A stretch of 32,000 bases of DNA, from the NCBI GenBank assembly GCA_964514965.1, contig CAZETV010000001.1, positions 90,001 through 122,000 of the forward strand, given 5' to 3'. The stretch is from Candidatus Hadarchaeota archaeon (GTDB lineage: Archaea > Hadarchaeota > Hadarchaeia > Hadarchaeales > Hadarchaeaceae). The translations under genes and the position numbers were made by a program. The notes below the pieces were generated by a model. That model had not been told where the DNA came from, made no database searches, and saw only the letters and a list, made by a program, of their open reading frames with translations. Of this stretch, positions 26,910 to 32,000 are shown piece after piece. The first letter of the stretch is position 1, and every line of letters starts with the position of its first letter.

Positions 26910-27650
26910 TTAGATACTTCCAAGTTCAGAAGCTGCTGCGTCGTCAATAACAAATGTGCAGTTAGGATGGGTCTGGAGAATTGATGCAGGCACAGCTTCT
27001 GTTATTGGTCCATTAATTGACTTTGCAACCGCATCAGCTTTCCCCCCACCGCTTGCTGAAAGGACTATTTTTCCCGCTTCCATTATAGTGCCAATTCCCA
27101 TGGAGATGGCTTGGCGGGGAACTTCATCAACGGATTTGAAAAATCGTGCATTATCTTTTATCGTTTGTTCTGAGATATTCACAACCCTAGTTCTAGAGTT
27201 GAATGGTGAACCAGGCTCATTGAACGCTATGTGTCCATTATTCCCTATGCCTAGAAGTTGGAGATCGATTCCCCCAGACTTCTTAATGGCTTCTTCAAAC
27301 TCCCTGCAAGTTTTTTGAAAGTCGTTTGATAGACCGTTCGGCACATGCGTATTCTCTATTTTGATGTTTATATGGTTGAAGAGATTTTCATTCATAAAGT
27401 GTCGGTAACTTTGGGAGTGAGTTGGCGGTAATCCCATATACTCATCTAGGTTGAAGGTCACAACCTTCGAGAAGTCAAGTCCTTCCTCTTTGTGCATACG
27501 AATGAGTTCGCGGTAGCAGCCAACGGGAGTACTTCCGGTGGCCAATCCAAGAACCACGTTCGGTTTGTTTCTTATGGCATCTGCTATGATTTCCGCCGCC
27601 CTCTTGCTGAGCTCATCGTAGCCTTTTTTGATGGAAACTTCAATCGGCAT
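26910..27650 (-). CDS. nagB: Glucosamine-6-phosphate deaminase
   Basis: VVLGLATGSTPVGCYRELIRMHKEEGLDFSKVVTFNLDEYMGLPPTHSQSYRHFMNENLF, LGIGNNGHIAFNEPGSPF, AISMGIGTIMEAGKIVL. Confidence 0.93.
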   Translation of the reverse strand: MPIEVSIKKGYDELSKRAAEIIADAIRNKPNVVLGLATGSTPVGCYRELIRMHKEEGLDFSKVVTFNLDEYMGLPPTHSQSYRHFMNENLFNHINIKIENTHVPNGLSNDFQKTCREFEEAIKKSGGIDLQLLGIGNNGHIAFNEPGSPFNSRTRVVNISEQTIKDNARFFKSVDEVPRQAISMGIGTIMEAGKIVLSASGGGKADAVAKSINGPITEAVPASILQTHPNCTFVIDDAAASELGSI

Positions 27651-27873
27651 ATTGTTTCAACCCTCATTTTTTTCCCCAACTTCACATAAATAAGTTACGT
27701 CATATAGAGAAGCTATTCTCTTTTTTTTCTGCTTTTTTAAATATTTGGAAAATGAAAATGCGTGGATTTAAAATGTGGCGTGCATAAAATAATTATGGGA
27801 ACCCTAGAGGATTTCTCCATTGATAGGAGATCTATTCCCGTAGGGTTTATCTTTCCAAACATCCATCAGCTTT

Positions 27874-28266
27874 TCAAGCTACTGGTATTTTTTGATTTCT
27901 TTTATCTCCATTACGACCTTTCAAGTAAATAACCAGCATTTTGTCCTTCTCATTCCACTCTGCTGGAACCCTTTTTCTTCCGTTTGCACCGGCTTGTTCC
28001 ATAAGTGAGGTGCACGAAACAAAAAATCCGTTCCCCTCTGCTTTTGAAATCAAACTCCGCTGTCCATTCTTGACTGGTTTTACACCAAGTAAGCTCATTT
28101 TGTCGTTCAAGTATAGATCCGCTCCTTTGTATCCTCTGAAATACTTAGCAGCCCAGGCGAATATGTCGATACCTATTTTATCGATGGAAACTTCGTTTTG
28201 TGTTGCCCTTCTACGTATGGGTTCCCACTTTCTCAATGTTGTTATTAATTTTCCCAAAATTTTCAC
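27874..28266 (-). CDS. Hypothetical protein (possibly degenerate)
   Basis: 130 aa ORF, no family recognised; flanked by short interrupted reading frames. Confidence 0.35.
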   Translation of the reverse strand: MKILGKLITTLRKWEPIRRRATQNEVSIDKIGIDIFAWAAKYFRGYKGADLYLNDKMSLLGVKPVKNGQRSLISKAEGNGFFVSCTSLMEQAGANGRKRVPAEWNEKDKMLVIYLKGRNGDKRNQKIPVA

Positions 28267-28728
28267 CCCCCAATTTTTCTTTTTAAAATTTCACGACCAA
28301 TAATAATCTACTTTAATTTCAGCTTCCTCCGAGTATTTGCATACTTGTGCGTAGTACAGCCATCCTCGAGCGGGCTTAAGATAGAACCCATTTACTTTGT
28401 CCTCCATAATTAAATACAGCTTTATTTTTATCTTTTTTATAAATTTCGTCCTACTTATTAAATATATCGGTAATTAATTATTACTAATATATGAATTAAA
28501 GTGCTTTCTTATAGCCTTGCTATAGCAGAATTTTTTATTGCCGGGTTTTAATGAGTTTTAAATTACAGAAAATGGGTTATAACGATTTAATTTAAGGTTA
28601 ATTTTCCTTCATTTCGTCAAAATTATGGTCGATAAGAATTTTTGGGATCTGCCCTAGCAATATTCTTTTTATTCCTCATAATTTAAAACCTATGAAAACA
28701 AACGAAATCGAAATGGACAGGTATTGCT

Positions 28729-29559
28729 ATGATTACCAATTCCGGCGAGACCGCAAATGAAAGACCCAACATAATCGTACTTCTCAAGCAAGTTCCCGAT
28801 ATCGAGGAAGTAAAATTTGACACTGAAAAAGGGACGCTGGATAGAAGTTCAGCAAAAGCTGAGCCCAATCCTTTCGATCTAAACGCTCTGGAGGTAGGCG
28901 TCCAGATTAAGGAGAAATTAGGGGGCACGGTGACTGTAGTCAGCATGGGGCCGCCCCAAGCAGAATCAGCGTTGAGAGATGCTTTGGCGAGGGGGGCTGA
29001 TAGAGCCATCTTGCTCACAGACAAAAAATTTGGAGGTGCTGACACTCTAGCTACCGCGTATACCCTCGCTAGTGGCATCAAAAAATTGGGAAATTTTGAC
29101 TTAATCATTTGTGGAGAAAAAACCGTTGATGGAGATACGGGTCAAGTCGGGCCTGAAGTAGCTGAACATCTGGGTATTCCCCATGTCGCTTATGTTTCTG
29201 AAATAAAAAAATGTGAAAAAGAGGGGTTTGTCGTTGTATCAGAGATGGGGAAGTATCGTTACTCAATAGAACTTAAGCCTCGTGGATTGATTACGGTCAC
29301 AAAGGATATCAACGAACCGAGACTCCCATCTTTACGGGATAAATTAAAAGCGAGAAAATCTGAAATTGAAATTTGGAGTATAGAGAATATCACAAATGGC
29401 GCTGACAGAAATAAATTTGGGATAATGGGGTCACCAACTAGTGTATACAGGATCACAATTCCATCTGCAGAGGCTAGGCGAGGAAAAATTTTTAGGGAGA
29501 CACCGGACGAGGTGGCGAAAAAGTTTGTGGGAGAATTAAAAGAAGTACTGAAGGCATGA
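28729..29559 (+). CDS. etfB: Electron transfer flavoprotein beta subunit
   Basis: NIIVLLKQVPDIEEVKFD, NPFDLNALEVGVQIKEKLGGTVTVVSMGPPQAESALRDALARGADRAILLTD, DGDTGQVGPEVAEHLGIPHVAYV. Confidence 0.92.
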   Translation: MITNSGETANERPNIIVLLKQVPDIEEVKFDTEKGTLDRSSAKAEPNPFDLNALEVGVQIKEKLGGTVTVVSMGPPQAESALRDALARGADRAILLTDKKFGGADTLATAYTLASGIKKLGNFDLIICGEKTVDGDTGQVGPEVAEHLGIPHVAYVSEIKKCEKEGFVVVSEMGKYRYSIELKPRGLITVTKDINEPRLPSLRDKLKARKSEIEIWSIENITNGADRNKFGIMGSPTSVYRITIPSAEARRGKIFRETPDEVAKKFVGELKEVLKA

Positions 29560-30557
29560 CAATGGGCGAATATAAAGGAGTAATGATTTTTGCGGAGCAG
29601 GAAGATGGGAGAATACATCCAGTTTCATACGAGTTGTTGGGTAAAGGAAGAGATATTGCAGATAAGTTGGGTGTAGAGCTTTCCTGTGTTTTACTAGGCT
29701 TTCAAATGAAGAATGAAATTAATGAACTGATTTACCATGGGGCGGATAAAATATTTTTTTACGACCATCCATCTCTTAAAGAATTCGACGTGATTAGTTA
29801 TAAACAGAACATAGTGAATTTGGTGGAAGAAGAAAAGCCCGAGATATTCTTGCTTGGAGCGACTCATCTCGGGAGGTCTCTGGGACCGAGGATATCAGCG
29901 GCATTAAAAACTGGATTGACAGCTGACTGTATTGATTTAAAAGTTAATAAAGAGGGGAATTTGATTCAGATTCGCCCCGCATTTAGCGGCAATATTCTCG
30001 CCCACATAAAGACCAAAACAAGGCCCCAGATGTCTACAGTTAGATATAAAGTAATGAAGACGAGAGAAAGGGATTCAACCAGAAAAGGTGAAATAATAAT
30101 GAAAAATGCAGAGGGTATAGAAAATAGCGGAACTAAGATTTTAAAGAAAGAAAATGCAGGGGGAATCAACATAACGGAAGCAGATATCATCGTCTCGGGT
30201 GGAAGAGGATTAAAAAAACCGGATGATTTCAAGCTTCTGCGTGAATTGGCTGATGTTTTAGGCGGAGTCGTTGGATCGAGTAGACCTATAGTTGATGAGG
30301 GGTGGATAGGAAGAGAACATCAAGTGGGATTCAGCGGAAACACTGTTAAACCAAAGCTCTATATTGCATGTGGCATATCTGGCGCGCCTCAGCACTTAGC
30401 GGGTATGAGGGATTCCGATATCATCGTGGCGATAAACACTGACCCCTCAGCCCCGATATTCAAAGTGGCCGATTATGGTATAGTCGGAGATTTGTATGAT
30501 GTAATACCTAAACTAATTGATGAGATAAGAAAAAATAAAAACAAGGTGTTGAATTGA
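29556..30557 (+). CDS. etfA: Electron transfer flavoprotein alpha subunit
   Basis: FLLGATHLGRSLGPRISAALKTGLTADCIDL, RPAFSGNILAHI, ADIIVSGGRGLKKPDDFKLLRELADVLGGVVGSSRPIVDEGW, YIACGISGAPQHLAGM; ATGA overlap with etfB. Confidence 0.93.
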   Translation: MTMGEYKGVMIFAEQEDGRIHPVSYELLGKGRDIADKLGVELSCVLLGFQMKNEINELIYHGADKIFFYDHPSLKEFDVISYKQNIVNLVEEEKPEIFLLGATHLGRSLGPRISAALKTGLTADCIDLKVNKEGNLIQIRPAFSGNILAHIKTKTRPQMSTVRYKVMKTRERDSTRKGEIIMKNAEGIENSGTKILKKENAGGINITEADIIVSGGRGLKKPDDFKLLRELADVLGGVVGSSRPIVDEGWIGREHQVGFSGNTVKPKLYIACGISGAPQHLAGMRDSDIIVAINTDPSAPIFKVADYGIVGDLYDVIPKLIDEIRKNKNKVLN

Positions 30558-31921
30558 TAAAAGAAATTGAAAAGAACTTACGGGATATCGTGGGAGAAGA
30601 TTGGGTTGTAACTAAAAGGGAACAGATGGAAAATTATTTGATAGACGAGACCGCCGCCTCTGTTAGACCTCAACCCGCTGCTGAAGTTGTTTTGGTAAAA
30701 CCCGCAAACGCTCAAGAGATATCCAAAATTCTGAAACTCGCTATCGAGAAAAAGATCCCAGTTTTCCCTAGGGGCGGAGGAACTGGGCTCGTGGGAGGGG
30801 CTATCCCTACTAAGGATGGCATAATCCTCTCCACAGAAAGGATGGACAAAGTTGAGATAGACAAGGACAACATGATGGCAGTTGTCGAGGCAGGGGCTAC
30901 GCTTGAAAAATTATTAAAAACAACAGAAGAAGCTGGCATGCTATTCCCACCGCACCCTGGAGATGAGGGAGCTCAGGTGGGGGGACTCGTGGTATGCAAC
31001 GCCGGTGGAGCGAGAGCAGTGAAGTACGGGATTATCAGAAACTACGTGAAAGGCATCGAAGTCGTGCTTCCTACAGGTGAGATAGTGAATTTGGGTGGAA
31101 AATTATTAAAAAATAATATGGGGTATAATCTGATGCATTTGATGATTGGAAGCGAAGGAACTTTGGGCATAATAACCAAAGTGATTTTTCGATTATATCC
31201 AAAATTTGGGGCTACTGCAACCTTAATTGTGCCATATGAGAACCGGCATGATGCGATAAACACTGTTCCAAAAATCCTCCAGAGAGGGGTAATTCCCTTA
31301 GCTATCGAGTATGTGGAAAAAGACACGATAGAAAAATCGGCCGAACATCTGGGCAAAAAATGGCCATGCGAAAGGGGCAATGCTTTTCTTATAATAATAG
31401 TGGCGGGGGTCGAGATAGATGAAGTATATTCAGAAAGCGAGAAAATATCGGTGACATGTCAAGAGAACAACTCCCTAGAGCCTTTAATTGCTGAGTCAAG
31501 AGAAGAGCAGGATAGGATTCTGGACATAAGGAGTAATATCTACACAGCGTTGAAACCCGAAATCGCCGATATCCTAGATGTGACGGTGCCGCCTGCCAAC
31601 ATGGGAAAACTTATGGATGTAATAGACAAGATTGCTGAGAAATTTAATGCGTATGTCCCGACGTATGGGCATGCAGGAGATGGTAATTTACACCCGCATG
31701 TAATGGTAGAAAAGGGAAAAGGTCTAGACAATATTAAAACGTTAAAGAATGAAATTTATAAAGCAGCTGTAGATCTAGGGGGAATCATAACAGGTGAGCA
31801 TGGAATAGGAAAAATTAGAATCGACGACCTCGCTCTTTGTCTGTCTGAAAAAGAAATACAACTAATGGAAGGAATAAAGAAGCTCTTTGACCCGAATAAT
31901 ATTCTAAACCCTGTTAAATAA
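30554..31921 (+). CDS. FAD-binding oxidoreductase, GlcD/LctD (D-lactate/glycolate dehydrogenase) family
   Basis: PVFPRGGGTGLVGGAIP, PHPGDEGAQVGGLVVCNAGGARAVKYG, MIGSEGTLGIITKV, YGHAGDGNLHPHV, GGIITGEHGIG; TTGA overlap with etfA. Confidence 0.9.
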   Translation: MIKEIEKNLRDIVGEDWVVTKREQMENYLIDETAASVRPQPAAEVVLVKPANAQEISKILKLAIEKKIPVFPRGGGTGLVGGAIPTKDGIILSTERMDKVEIDKDNMMAVVEAGATLEKLLKTTEEAGMLFPPHPGDEGAQVGGLVVCNAGGARAVKYGIIRNYVKGIEVVLPTGEIVNLGGKLLKNNMGYNLMHLMIGSEGTLGIITKVIFRLYPKFGATATLIVPYENRHDAINTVPKILQRGVIPLAIEYVEKDTIEKSAEHLGKKWPCERGNAFLIIIVAGVEIDEVYSESEKISVTCQENNSLEPLIAESREEQDRILDIRSNIYTALKPEIADILDVTVPPANMGKLMDVIDKIAEKFNAYVPTYGHAGDGNLHPHVMVEKGKGLDNIKTLKNEIYKAAVDLGGIITGEHGIGKIRIDDLALCLSEKEIQLMEGIKKLFDPNNILNPVK

Positions 31922-32000
31922 GAGACGAATTTTTAGTCGGTAGATTAAAGAACGAACCATTTCGAAAAGTATCTTTTTATCTTTAACTTATGCGACACAG

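Noticed and set aside
27800-27847. Possible small tRNA from the AACCCTA/TAGGGTT inverted repeat
   Set aside because: Total length about 48 nt is too short for a tRNA and no anticodon or T arms are present; kept only as a generic inverted repeat.
1-32000. CRISPR array, insertion sequence or phage module
   Set aside because: No regularly spaced repeats, transposase, integrase or phage genes found by reading both strands and the ORF track.

Overview
This 32 kb window is archaeal chromosome. The evidence is an NMD3 homologue, TATTTAAAA-type promoter boxes, a TreT-like trehalose synthase and an EtfAB/FAD-oxidase cluster. I did not assign a lineage. From left to right it contains: (1) an MscS channel gene cut by the window edge, divergent from a trehalose/sugar-nucleotide block (otsA, otsB, nucleotidyltransferase-cupin fusion, GalT/HIT-like protein, convergent TreT-like glycosyltransferase); (2) a PIN-domain pseudogene, tmk, an M50 protease and ubiX; (3) a branched-chain amino acid cluster (leuB, leuD, leuC, ilvD, ilvC, ilvN, ilvB) and nmd3; (4) two divergent secreted-protein genes, each followed by a GC-rich hairpin with a T-rich tail: a GH-A-like/discoidin-domain protein and a polysaccharide deacetylase; (5) an amino-sugar catabolic region (nagA, SIS protein, aldose epimerase, PFK, nagB); (6) an etfB-etfA-glcD/lctD operon. 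The most striking observation is the deacetylase at 21482-22276. Its NodB motifs are in circularly permuted order: the HTQSH, YPGG and LSHD half comes right after the signal peptide, and the TFDDG half is at the C-terminus. The secreted protein on the other side of the shared intergenic region has a GGAGG site followed by an ATG one nucleotide out of frame with its signal peptide. No CRISPR array, rRNA, convincing tRNA or intact mobile element was found. All calls come from reading the sequence; no searches were run.
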